Positions 38,365 through 49,980 of a stretch of DNA of 64,000 nucleotides are shown piece by piece. The position numbers and the translations under genes were made by a program. Each line of letters opens with the position of its first letter. The first letter of the stretch is position 1. Where the stretch lies: positions 682,001-746,000 of the forward strand of contig LSRY02000039.1 in NCBI GenBank assembly GCA_001643675.2. Reading direction: 5' to 3'. Origin of the DNA: Monocercomonoides exilis PA203. Its lineage: Eukaryota; Protista; Preaxostyla. The notes under the pieces were generated by a model. It ran no database searches, was not told the DNA's origin, and worked only from the letters and a program-made list of their open reading frames with translations.

Positions 38365-39849
38365 ATATGGAATGCTTGACATTTCTGTATCTATCGAAAT
38401 CAACCGTTTGATTCATGAAAGACAACTCAATTATTGGAACAAGATAAAAGTTACAGCAAAACAGTCGCAAAAATACGAAAAGAGGAAACGAAGGATAGCT
38501 GGGCTATCATGAAAAACAAACAATAATAATTTTTAATATCAACTACAATCAGAAAACGAAGAAGATATAAGAAAGTCTAAAACATTTATTGCTGTAAGTT
38601 TATTTCATAAAGAAGATGTACACAACAACGATTTAAATGAAGAAATAACAAACGAAAATATAAAGAAGTTTTCTTCAACATCATCCACTGATTTTTATCA
38701 TCCTGAAGTTTCATCATAATTTGTTTCATATGAAAATTCACATTATTATTAAGGAACTGAAAGTGAAGTTTCCATAAGATGATGAATGAACAAAGAGTGA
38801 AGAAGAGCCATCTCCAACAGAGAAAGAACCTTCTCAGAAAGAGTAGTCATTTGGCTCTTGTGGATGAATTCTTTTGGAATTTCATTGCAATGAAAAAGAT
38901 TTGAATTGTCGTTAACACCCCAGAATTCGAGTCATTTGCTCGCACATACTCAAATATTGCTTGACGAGAATAAAGAAAGAGCTTATCTAATTCGAAAACT
39001 GTGCAAAAAGACAAGGGTTTGAACATTCTGTTTGTTGATGGAAAGAAGCTTTCTGAATTAACTTTCAGCGAATTGGATGTGACTTCATCGCCAAATGCCT
39101 TGACTTCTTCTTCTTCTTCTTCCATACAGTCACTTCATCTGCTTCCTCACTCTCATCTGATTCCTCTCCTTCATCTGCTTCTTCTCAACATCAATCGTCT
39201 CGTGCAACATATCGTTCCACTTTCGTTGAATATGCACATCTGAAAGAAGAGCAAATGTTGAGCTGCCTTGTGAACATCAAGATGATGATGGAGTGTCTGA
39301 GGCAGCCTGGGCAGCACTTGAAACAAGAAAAGAGAGAAGACAAAGCATACACTGCCATCCGGTCAGCGGTACTGATGTGGCTGGCAAGGTGCCGATATCA
39401 TCGAGAATCACCGAAAGGAAAAGGAGCGAAAGTCATTCAAAGAAGATAAAAGACGTTTCAAACAAAACATTGGTTCCGACAAATGCTGGAAAAGATTCAA
39501 GCAGAGCGTAAGGAGAAATGTCTTGAGTTGCAGAGAAATCAATGCGAAGAATGGGACAATGTCAAGCAAAGCAAGAATGTTCACTTTTATCAGTCATCAC
39601 TCAGCTGGAACGAATGAATCAGACGTTCAATAGACACGCACAAGTCTGTTGATCTTAAGCTTGTAAAGAATATTGATATTTCACCAAAGTTAATGCATTA
39701 TCCAGATTCAACTTAGCCATTGAATTAATCTCCAAATTCTTCTTCCACTTCTCATTTCAACGTCTAACCTTAAGTGATCTTGTTACATCTTTTTCAACAA
39801 TTAGAAAACTTCGAGCTTTCGCGGTTAGTCGATCTTTCTATCCGAATGT

Positions 39850-42065
39850 GAATGTTGTGCTTGTTTCTCCTGTAGGACTTGAGGCAGACGTGGTGTTGTA
39901 TCCGAAAAAGCTTCTTGTTGCTGTTGAAGTGCAGTAGTCGTCTCTTCACTCAGCACCTTCATTTTCTTCGTCATCTTCAATTGGAGCAGCACTCCAATCA
40001 AATTCACCATTCCGGAGTCGGAGAAGTGAAGAGAAGAAAGCAGCAGGAGATGATAAGCCATCATCAGCTCCTGCGATTGACCCTTCGGATGCATCTGCGG
40101 TGGCAGCACCATACACATCAGCAGGAGCAACAGACAACATCGAGAGGTTGCTGGAGTGCATGAAAATCACAGATATTCGTAACTGAGGGAGCACCAGACG
40201 CTGCGGGGATATGTTGTGGCTCGGCGGGAGGTGCTGTGTGAGAATGCTGCTTGAGCCTGCATTGTCGCACTTTCGGCTATGCTTTTGGTTCAGCTGGTAG
40301 CGCAGCTTCCGTCGCTTGCAGCGTCGAGGCGTGTGATGGTGAAGTTGGACGACAAAGTGATGGTGCGAGGGGTTGCAGGGCACGAAGTGGGGGAAATTGT
40401 GGTTAAAGGGCTGTGGATGGTAGGAATGAGAATGGAGGATGTAGTTCTGCCTCCAGCAGCGATTGTGCTTGCGGTGCTGGAAGAGCGAGAAGAGGCAGAG
40501 GAAGGAAAAAGAAGAAGAAAAAGAAGGAAAATATGGCGGATGATGAATTGAAGTTCAGAAAAACCATGAAGAAGCAAAGTCGTACTTGAATAAGAGGTAT
40601 TTGGAGTTAAATATGCTGCTTCAGAAGATTTGTAATAATAAACGGATAATAAAGCATACGAACGAGCTGGCGGAGCGGCTGCAGGAGAAGAACAAGATCA
40701 TCCGGATGCTGGAGTGGAAGATTCTGACGATGAGATAAAAGGACACCGAAGAAGTGAAGGAGCTGAATGACAAACTTGTGACAATAAAGGAGAAGGTCGA
40801 TTTTATTGATGTTGAGATTGAGAAGGAGAAGAAGTGGAAGACGCAATTGTGTGTGTTGGTGAGTGTGAACACCGAGAGTTCGCTGGAGGGTTGGGAACGA
40901 AGCTTCCCAAGCTTTCTTTGTTTGCATATTAGGGTTTAGGAAAGGTTTTGTCTTCGACTTTGTTGATTGCGCCTTCTGGGCTATGAAAAATGTGTGATGA
41001 ATGATTTGCAGCAAGCAGTGGAGATGGCTGCGTTGCGATGTTTTGGTCCAACCCCATGGAAAAGGATTTATTGCGAAAGTAAGGAACATTGTGTGTGTTG
41101 TTAGAGAAGCTAACAGCTGTTGGAGAGAGTGTTCCAGTGGTTAAGAAGGAGGAGACATAACATGAGGCAGAAGAGAAACAAGATGTTGAAGAAAACGAAG
41201 ATGCTGATGGTGCTGTCGAAAGAACAGTTGCAGACGAAAAGCCAGAAGATGGAGATGTTCAATGAGGAAATTGTGAAATAGCAAATGATTATTGCGCAAA
41301 AAAGCTGGAGCAGAAGAAAATGTAAGAGACATTTGAAGTGCAGGTGAAGGAGCTGGAAAAGAAGATGTGGAGTGGAAAATCTGAAAGGGGATGTGAATAA
41401 CGGACAGAGGAGAAAGGAGCGATATGGAGATATGGAGAAAGGATAAAGAGGAGGAGGAACAGCAGTTGAGGCGGAGTATTGGAGGATGCAGAGGAGTGTG
41501 AAAAGGCAGAAGAAAGAATTGAAAGAGCGCTGTATGGGATTCCGCTGTTTCAGCACAACGATCAGAAGAGAGAGCATGAGGACTGTATGTCTCCGGGAAT
41601 TCAAACAGGATGAAAGAAAAAGGAAGAAGAAGTGAAGGTGATTGTTGCTCAGCTGTTGTGCATACATCTTAAGCAGACGACAGACAGCGTAGACTGAGAA
41701 GGGTCGAAGTGGCTTGAGAAGATACCAGGAGAAAGGGGGAAGTGTTATCTGGATCTGTGGGTTTGCCTTTGCCACTGTAATCTCCAGTGATGGAGAGGTT
41801 GATGAGCACATCGACTAAGTTTCTGGAACAAGAGGATTACGAAATAGAACACATGCTTTTAAATAAAGCTCACATTGAAGCCATCAATGAAGATGCAGCG
41901 ATTTCTAAAGCCACAAAAGAAAGGTTTTCACTCGCAGCTGGTGTGATCGCAATCGAAGATCTGAGTGATATTCTGAGATTAGATCGCAACAGGCACAGGA
42001 CGGATCATTTCTTGTTAGCTGCTGTCAGATTTATCTGGAACTTGTGTTATTTCAAGTTGATTTAA
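39850..42065 (+). pseudogene. Family X degenerate copy
   Basis: Homologous blocks to 11330-12050 and 15200-16150, in the same order. Confidence 0.6.
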
Positions 42066-42208
42066 CAAAGCTCATTCCATGTTTGCAAAAAGGAGAAAAA
42101 TGCAATATTCATTTTTTAATTTATCATATTGAAAGTATTGTGAAAAAGATATTCATATACTGAGTGAAAAAAATGTAACATTGAAAGATTCATAATCTCA
42201 AATTGTAG

Positions 42209-42601
42209 TATACCTCTGTGACATGACAAGAAAAAAATGAAAAAATGAAAAAATGACTGACAAAATATTTATGATTTGTCAAAAAGGGTTATTTTTAACG
42301 ATTTTTCAATTTTTAATTTCAACAATAATCAATTTGAAAACCAACACACAACAAATTTTATTATTTTGAAAAAATCAAAATTTTTGTAAACTTGATCAAG
42401 TTCCCAATATTTAATTTTTTTGACATGAAATGTCAGTTGAGGGATTTTTTGTAACAATTTGTCATTGACCGTCACTGACAAAATACGAAAAAAACAATCA
42501 GATATTGCAGATTCTATCAACAAATCTTTTCCAAAGTGCTTTGCAAAATCTTTTGAAGTTGTCGCAATTGTTAATTTAATTGTCATTTTAAACAAAAATA
42601 A

Positions 42602-42642
<41 letters not shown>

Positions 42643-42688
42643 TGTGACAGACGAGGCTTCAAGTGATTTGTCAGGTCACAGAGGTGTG
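42209..42688. mobile_element. ~480-bp hAT-like MITE
   Basis: TIR TATACCTCTGTGACATGACAA / CACACCTCTGTGACCTGACAA; diverged 8-bp flanks AATTGTAG / ATTTGAAG; many internal TGACA/TGTCA motifs. Confidence 0.6.
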
Positions 42689-42723
42689 ATTTGAAGCAAC
42701 AAATAAACATGAAGTTTTTAACA

Positions 42724-43473
42724 GTGTCAAAATTTTTTTTGAAAAGTTCCTTTTGTTTAATTTTCAAATAAAGAAAAAATTTTATATTTCGATCAAATTT
42801 CTATTCACATTCACCAAATTTTGCTGTCATGAAAACACAATCTTGACAATATTATTATTTCCATTTTTGTGAATTTACGTGATTCGGAATAGAAATTTGA
42901 TCGAAATATAAATTTTTTCTTAGGACACTTTCTCAGCAGCTAATGAACGGAGAATTTTGACACATCAATCGTAAGGTGAATATGAGTATGAAGCATTCTG
43001 AGAATACATCATTCTTGGTCTTTCATTTTTTAAAAACAAATTTTGTTTTTCGGAGAAATTCGGAAAAACTAATTACTCCGTGTTTCTCCGAAAAACAAAA
43101 TTTGTTTTTAAAAAATGAAAGACCAAGAATGAAGTATTCTCAGAATGCTTCATATACTCATATTCACCTTACGATTGATGTGGGAAAAAATCAAAATTCT
43201 CCGTTCATTAGCTGCTGAGAAAAGGCTACTGTCCGGCCATTAGGAAAGTGTCCCCCTATAAGGAAAGTGACTATAAAGAAAAAATTTTATATTTCGATCA
43301 AATTTCTATTCCGAATCACGTAAATTCACAAAAATGGAAATAATAATATTGTCAAGATTGTGTTTTCATGACAGCAAAATTTGGTGAATGTGAATAGAAA
43401 TTTGATCGAAATATAAAATTTTTTCTTTATTTGAAAATTAAACAAAAGGAACTTTTCAAAAAAAATTTGGCAC
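42724..43473. repeat. ~750-bp compound palindrome (foldback)
   Basis: Arms 42724-43058 and 43083-43473 are reverse complements apart from short deletions in the left arm; axis near 43070; each outer ~200-bp part is itself a hairpin related to the 38125 MITE. Confidence 0.92.
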
Positions 43474-43559
43474 ATATTGAAGTGTTTTGATTTTTTTCTC
43501 CTTTAACAAATGTGTAATCTTCTTCGCAATCTGTTCTTTTTCTTTTCTCTGTGCACGGC

Positions 43560-45052
43560 TGAAGGCATGGATATTTTGTTATCGTTGTTTGAATCAAATG
43601 TTTTGTTGCAATTTTGTCCATAAAGGAATCAATTTCTTCATATGCAGATAAAGTTTTTGGTGATTCAATGTTTTCTTAGAAATAAAATTTCAAATTTTTC
43701 CATTGATGAAACGCTTCAGTTGTGCTGATAACCTTTTCTTAAGGATTTTCAAGTTTTTCTTTTAAAGGCTTTGGAATGTCATCTTAAACTTCTTTTCTTA
43801 TTTTTACTTCAACAAAGTTTCCAATTTCAGTGTCTGAATGAGATTCTCTCGTTGTTGTATTATCATCATTTGTATGATAATCTTCAAGTGTTTCATTTTC
43901 AAAGCTATTGTCTTGACTTTTTACTCTTTCAAACAGATCGGTGTATCCACTCATTTCACTTTCTTTCATAATTGATAATTCTTTCTTTGGTTCCTTTATA
44001 TTCTTCCATCCTGCATGTTCGAAACAATGCTCAATTGTTTCCTTTTTTTACGTCATTCCAAGCTTTTGAAATCATGTTCATCGTTTCAAATAAATCAATT
44101 CTTGTATCATCTTTCATTTCAATCTTCGCTAATTTCTTTCGAAGAAGAGAGGTTTTGAAATAATGTTTGAATGTTTTTGTTATTCCATCGTCAAGAGGTT
44201 GAATAATTGAAGTGACGTTGTGTGGAAGATAAAGCAAGGAAATATGTAAAAAAATCTGTTGAAATCAAACTTTGTGCCGTGTAATTATCCACAACCAATG
44301 CTGTTTTTCTGTTCATTGAAGCCATTTTCGAATTAAGCAATTCAAAGCAATAATTATACAAAATCACATTCATCCTTGCATTTTTGGAATGGGTGTGATT
44401 GACTGGAAAATATTTTCGTATGAAACACCTCGGATTTTTCGATTTTCCAATCACAAAAGGTAAATTTTCTCTCCTGTCATGTTAACGCACATAAATACTG
44501 TGACTTTGTCTTTAGGTGTTTTCATTCCAACTGCTTTTTCAGAACCTTCTGAGAATGTTCTGTCAATAAATTCGTGAATATGCAAACCCAATTCACCTCC
44601 GTTAAAAACATTTTCTTCGCCAAATTCGCTAATAATTGTCGGAAGAGTCTGTTTAATCCAAGTTTCTGCTGATGATACATCGGCTGAAAGAACCTCTTCA
44701 GATATCTTTTTCGATTAAATGATTGCTATTTATTGGCAACGATGGATTTGTTGATCTAATTTGCCTAAACCAGATAATCAATGCTTTGTCAATTTCAGGA
44801 TAAGTTGAAGTTCGAATTTTTTTTTTTTTTGGTTTTTACATTTTCAGAAGCCTTTTGAATAATATTATCTCTCGATTTCCATGTTTTTGTAATTGTTGAA
44901 GGATCAACATGATAATCAGAGCAGATGCTGTTTCGTGGAGTGGGATGTGTTTTCTTCAGATGGTTGATAATATCCAATTTTTGTATTGAAGATAGCTGAG
45001 TTCTTTTCTGTTGCTTTATTGATTTTTCCATCATTTTGATATTTTTTGCCAC
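43560..45052 (-). pseudogene. pogo/Tigger (CENP-B-like HTH + DDE_1) transposase, frameshifted
   Basis: KRTQLSSIQKLDII..YHVDPSTITKTWK (psq-type HTH); ENVFNGGELGL; KDKVTVFMCVNMTG; VIGKSKNPRCF; LVVDNYTAQ; LPHNVTSIIQPLDDGITKTFK; C-terminal IQTTITKY (PIP-box-like). Confidence 0.92.
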
Positions 45053-45170
45053 AATTTTGGGTTCAAAATGTCAATCATTTTTAAATCACTATATATTTTA
45101 GTTTGAAAACATTCACTTTAATTGAGAATTAATGTAATCTTTATTTATACATTTTTATTGATCAACAAAT

Positions 45171-45437
45171 GGGGCAAAATATTTCACTTCAGGCATTTTC
45201 ATTGAAAAATTATGCATTTTTCATTAACTTTTTGAGTTAAAAAAACACAATTAAAATTGGTCAATTTTTTTGACATTCGTGAAATGTTAAAAAACTTTAT
45301 GTTTTGATTTCAACGATGCTTGTTTGCGGATATGAAAATTAAAGTTTTTTTTAAAACCTGAGAAAAGGAAATAAAGTTATGAGTGAAACAATTTTTAAAT
45401 GCCTTGTGCAAAAAAAGCTTGAAAGTCCGTATTTTCC
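45171..45437 (+). mobile_element. MITE family B, partial copy upstream of the transposase
   Basis: AAAT|GGGGCAAAATATTTCACTTCAGGCATTTTC ... GCTTGAAAGTCCGTATTTTC, similar to 8527-8790. Confidence 0.7.
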
Positions 45438-45698
45438 TTCAAATGAACAAAATTTCAAAAATCCCATTTCAAATGAAAATTTTTTATTATTAGCAATTTT
45501 GGCTTGATTACAACCGATGAAAATACACACGAAAATTTGCCAAAATAAATGATTCACGAAAAAATGTGATTACTCGCTGTCTTGATAATAACCGAGGTGA
45601 TTATAACCGAACTTTACTGCACGACAATTAGAACAGTTCAGACAAGCGAGGCGAGTCACATTCATGTAGATATATAACAATTCCCAACTATTATTATT

Positions 45699-45795
45699 CC
45701 CATAACAAGAGGTGTTCTAGTTGATCGTTTGTTCTGGAGAATAAAGGTGCTCTGTGCTTTAATTCGTAAAGAACAAACAAAACTTCAACACCTCT
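45699..45795 (+). other. DIRS internal complementary region (ICR)
   Basis: 45699-45763 is complementary to the left terminus (9755-9818) and 45764-45795 to the right terminus (46024-46055), joined at GCTTTAAT|TCGTAAAG. Confidence 0.85.
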
Positions 45796-45979
45796 ATTTC
45801 TTGCCACGAGTTTAACTCTTCCCACTCTTCGAGTTTATGTTATCTCACAGTTGACATTCATGTTCGTTTTGTTTCACAACAGCCTCTGTGCACTTTGTTT
45901 TTGGCACAATTTCCTTATTTTCTTTATTATTCGTTCAATATTTCTATTCTTTCTCATATCCACCGTATTTCACTTCAAT

Positions 45980-46055
45980 TGATAAGCGACTGAGCCCTTA
46001 ATACAGGGTCTGCTCCCATAACAAGAGGTGTTGTAATTTTGTTTGTTCTTCACGA
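45980..46055 (+). repeat. DIRS right ITR / terminus
   Basis: TGATAAGCGACTGAGCCCTTAATACAGG..CATAACAAGAGGTGTT..GTTTGTTCT, inverted to 9783-9853. Confidence 0.85.
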
Positions 46056-46234
46056 AAAAAATTTAGGCCCATATTATTCTCAAATTTTATAATTTTTCAG
46101 TAATTATTTGTATTATTACAGTTGATTTATAATGAAATGATTATTGAAAAAGTTTGGAACAAATCTCAGTGTTTTTCTCAGTTAAAAATACTTTTTCCCC
46201 CAAATACATGCGATATATAATATTATTTATGTGA

Positions 46235-47705
46235 ATGTGGATTTACACGTTGTTGGAATGGATTGCAGCTACGTTTGTGGTTGTCATGCTTGGTCTGAGA
46301 TGGTGTTATCATGAAAGATTTTGCTATTTTCCAACAAAGCAAAAAGGGAGATATTCGACCACTCCAGCAACATATGGATGTAAATTTTCCTTTTTCCTTT
46401 TTCCTTTTTCTTTTCAATTATATTTTCATCTTTCAAACATACGTTTTTATTCATTGTTTGTAAAGTTCATTATGAAGATGTAAGCATGGTAACGAAAGAT
46501 GGAATCACTCTTGTTTGAAATTTTGGCTTTTTATTTGAAATCATTCTTTGTATTTTCTAATTGTTAAAAATAATTATGCTGAAAAAAAAAAATCAGCACG
46601 GATGGTGGGTTCCATATGAAAGAAATTCACCAGTACTTGTATATTCTCATGGAAATGCAGGAAGTTTGCTTAACATTTACAACAACAGCGGAAACTTTTT
46701 TCACGTTCTAATATATTTGATAATTTATAAAGATATTGAAAGCAGAGCATATGAAATAACGTGCATGAGCCGTGTGTTGCATTGCAATGTTTTGGGATAT
46801 GATTATCGTGGATTCGGATTATCATCGCCGGAGCAACAACCTACACATTCTGGATTACGAATCGACTGCGAAACAGCTGTTAAATTTGCAAAAGCTAAAA
46901 TAGAAAATGGAGAAGGAACAAGTTTGTGGATGTATGGACACTCGATTGGAGGAGGAGTAGCAGTTGATTTCGTTTCAACTCATCAATCTGAAGTTAGCAA
47001 CATATATTTTAGCTTTTTAGCTCATTTTTTCTCATTGCCGTAACTTAATCAAAATTTCTTATTTTAAGGTTTCTGCTCTTATTCTCGAGAACACATTTAT
47101 CTCTCTTCAGAAGATGGCGATGCGTATTCTTCCTTCTTACATTCGATTTATTACTCCGTTTGCTGTTCAGAACACTTGGAGAAACTCATCTTTGATTAAA
47201 AACATTAAAACGCCAACAGTGATTATCAGCGGTACGTTTCCGCCATTTTTTTCATGGGCGCATAATGGATCAAACGAGATATCACGTTTTGTTAGTCTTT
47301 GAAGAAAAATCCAAAATTATTTATTTTTTATTCCTTTTCGGATTTGAGATCTTTTTTCACCTCAATATTATATCAATATTTTTTCCCCTGCCATTCTCAC
47401 GCTTTAAAATTTCATGCTTTATCTTTTTTTTCATTCCTTTTCCTTTTCTTTTCTTTCTTTTTTCTTTTTTCTTTCTTTTTCTTAATCTTTTCTATGATTT
47501 AATGGATTATGGTAACACAGGGCAAGTTGATGACCTTATTCCGAAAAGTGACTCAGAAGAGTTGTATGCCAAAAGCGGAGCAGAACGAAAGGAGATTATT
47601 GCTGTGCCGAACGGAAACCATATAATTGATTGGATGACAGACGGAAATTGGGTTTTGGAAAAGGTGAGACAATTCATTGAGAACTCTGCTCATAATCCAG
47701 GATAA
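46235..47705 (+). CDS. ABHD13/Bem46-like alpha/beta hydrolase; exons 46235-46379, 46466-46512, 46597-46663, 46733-46992, 47069-47231, 47521-47705
   Basis: Five GT-AG introns give a continuous frame: N-terminal hydrophobic segment, TPATYGFHYEDVSMVTKDGITLHGWW, HGNAGNI, YDYRGFG, GHSIGG nucleophile elbow, LILENTF, SGQVDDLIP, PNGNH, stop TAA. Confidence 0.92.
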
Positions 47706-48169
47706 ACAAATGAACAAGTCACTTGGCTTATCAAAGAATGTTTGATCTTCAAATCTTTTGGTTATATGTAGTTTTTGGGAAAAAAAATAATTTCATTTTC
47801 AAAATGAAATCAGTTTATGTTCGCTCATAACGCGAAATCTAGCAATTTGATGTTTTGGTTCCTAGTCAATTTATATTAATTTATTTCGTTTTTATTTCAA
47901 GCATATATATTTCTGTTTGGACTTTTCTATTCTCTTCTCTCTCTTTTTTACAAATAATGATTATTACATCAACAACAAAAACTTCTATTTGAGCAATTTT
48001 ATTTGTAAAAATGGGGAAAAATGCGCGCTTTATATTTTAAAGAAAAATTAAGACAAATATCAAAGCTAATCATTTTATAACATATAGCAAAATATTTTCA
48101 TTTTGATCAGTAATCCAATTATAAAATATTCATCAATTTTAAAGTGAAATATTGCTTTTCATTATATTA

Positions 48170-48784
48170 ATGGAGGAAAACACGTTTCAAAGCTTAATTC
48201 ATATAAATAGAAAAAAATCAAGCTCAAAAAGTGAAGACGAAGATCAGCATATTCCTGATAATCTTGAAAAGGATAAATGCGATGAAAGCTTTTCAAAGAA
48301 ACATGAAGATCTACAAGAATTACCAACTCCACTCACCTGCTTGAAAGATGATGAATGCTCAAACATCTCACAGGAAAAAGACATAATTGAGGATGAAATT
48401 ATTCCTACATTATCTTTATCAACAGCTCTTGCGCAACACGAAGCTTTACTGTCTTCTGAAGATGAACAAAAAAGAGATTTAATTAGAACGACTTCTGATG
48501 CGCTACAAGTTGCGTCTAGCACTCTTTTACAAATGAAAGAACGGAATAATAAAACGAAAAAAGCATTATTAGAATTAACAAGCCTTGTTGAGCAAGCGCA
48601 ACAACGATGGAATCAACGAATGGAAGAAGAAAAAATTCTGTTGAAGCACGCAGAAGAAGAAGCAAATTCTCATCTGTCATTGTGTTCAGATCTGTCCATT
48701 TTGAGTGAGATTTCATCTGAAAAGGAAAATTTCATATCGGAGCAGAATAATAATTCCAAAGATTTCGAAATTCAACCGCCATGA
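48170..48784 (+). CDS. Hypothetical protein, acidic N-terminus plus coiled coil (3' end may extend to ~48886)
   Basis: ~204-codon ORF in AT-rich context with a heptad-like region (ALAQHEALL..LLELTSLVEQAQQRWNQRMEEEK); no recognisable motif. Confidence 0.55.
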   Translation: MEENTFQSLIHINRKKSSSKSEDEDQHIPDNLEKDKCDESFSKKHEDLQELPTPLTCLKDDECSNISQEKDIIEDEIIPTLSLSTALAQHEALLSSEDEQKRDLIRTTSDALQVASSTLLQMKERNNKTKKALLELTSLVEQAQQRWNQRMEEEKILLKHAEEEANSHLSLCSDLSILSEISSEKENFISEQNNNSKDFEIQPP

Positions 48785-49980
48785 AAAATTTAAGCATTGC
48801 TAATTATTGAAATAGAAAGTCAGTACTCAAAAAGATTTGATGACTTAATTCAACTTTTGCACTTGCCAGATGAAAAGGGGAATTAAAGTTACTAATTCGC
48901 GTTGTGCATAAAGTTCAGATTTAGAAGACATGATGAATTTCTTTTTGGTTAAAGGAATTGTGACTTCTTTTTTTCTTTATTTAAATATATATTTCCATTA
49001 ATTTGAGCTGAGAATTTTTTTTTGATGAATTTTTTCTCTTGATTTCGCCAGAAAGCTATCGATTCTTTGTGCAAATTTTAGTGCTAAAGATTCTCATATT
49101 TCATCAAACAAACTCTTGTGCATCAAAAAGAATGCACACATTATTTATGTTTCGTTTCGTTTCCTATTCAATACTTAAAAAATTAAAATTAAAAACAAAA
49201 AAAGAAAAGGATTACGATTAATTTTTTCATTAAACAATTGTTTTTTCATCTTCCATGAGAAATGTTTTGAAAAAGAAATGCTAAACGTTTTGCAGTGCCA
49301 TCTGATTATGAAGTTTGTGATATAAAACATGTTGTGACAAAGTGTATTTGGAGAATACCCTAAAAAACATAATCACAAGTGAAAATTTCATCTTGAAGAA
49401 ATAAGAACAAGAAATATAATCAACATCAAAGGAAACAATTTAAAAACAAACAAACAAACAAATCAATCAATCAGTCAATAATTAATCAAAAGGATAACTC
49501 TGTAACAGCAAAAAAATGAATACACCAAACAAAAGAAGAATGAAAAGGAATAGAGCGAATAAGTCAAATGTCAATAAAAGCCGCTAAAAAGTTGGGGAAA
49601 ATAAAAATTAAAATGAAAAAAATTTAAAAAATAGCAAGTCATAAATATGAACTACACTGTGTATGCAGAAGATAACTACTCAATATCAAACAAAAAGAAA
49701 CTATCTTGGAAACAGGCTAAACAAATAATAATAATAACCATTAATAATCAAAAAAGAAGAAGCATAATTTAATCTGTATGAATATTGAATCAAATAAGAG
49801 TAAAACAAAGCGTGTACACAAATAATCGTTGCTTTGACTAGAATAGTGAAATAAAAAAATAAAAAGTTGAAAAAACAAAATTAAACAAAATTAAACAAAA
49901 CAAAACAAATTAATAATATTTTCACTCAAGAATAATATCTCCTCCCCTCTTCCTCTTCCTCTTTCTTTTTTCATTCCCGC

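Larger units (their letters stand above)
31162..45619 (-). mobile_element. pogo/Tigger-like (Tc1/mariner superfamily) DNA transposon expanded to 14.5 kb by nested elements and cargo
   Basis: 23-bp TIR CAGTGAAGTACGGTAATAATCAC vs CAGTAAAGTTCGGTTATAATCAC (20/23); TA at 31160-31161 and CA (decayed TA) at 45620-45621; subterminal TGATTA(T/C)AACCGA motifs at ~37821-37851 and ~45505-45610; transposase remnant 43560-45052. Confidence 0.75.
9755..46055 (+). mobile_element. DIRS1-like tyrosine-recombinase retrotransposon (degenerate), interrupted by three large DNA-transposon insertions; own segments 9755-10240, 23661-25140, 29148-31161, 45622-46055 (~4.4 kb)
   Basis: Inverted terminal repeats 9783-9853 / 45980-46049; internal complementary region 45699-45795; gag-RT-RNaseH-MT-YR order; reading frames rejoin across each TSD. 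Confidence 0.85.

Noticed and set aside
42921-43273. Assigning the inner foldback unit to a named superfamily (e.g. Academ, from its TAG..CTA ends)
   Set aside because: The left end is partly deleted and no clear TSD is visible; it cannot be classified from sequence alone.
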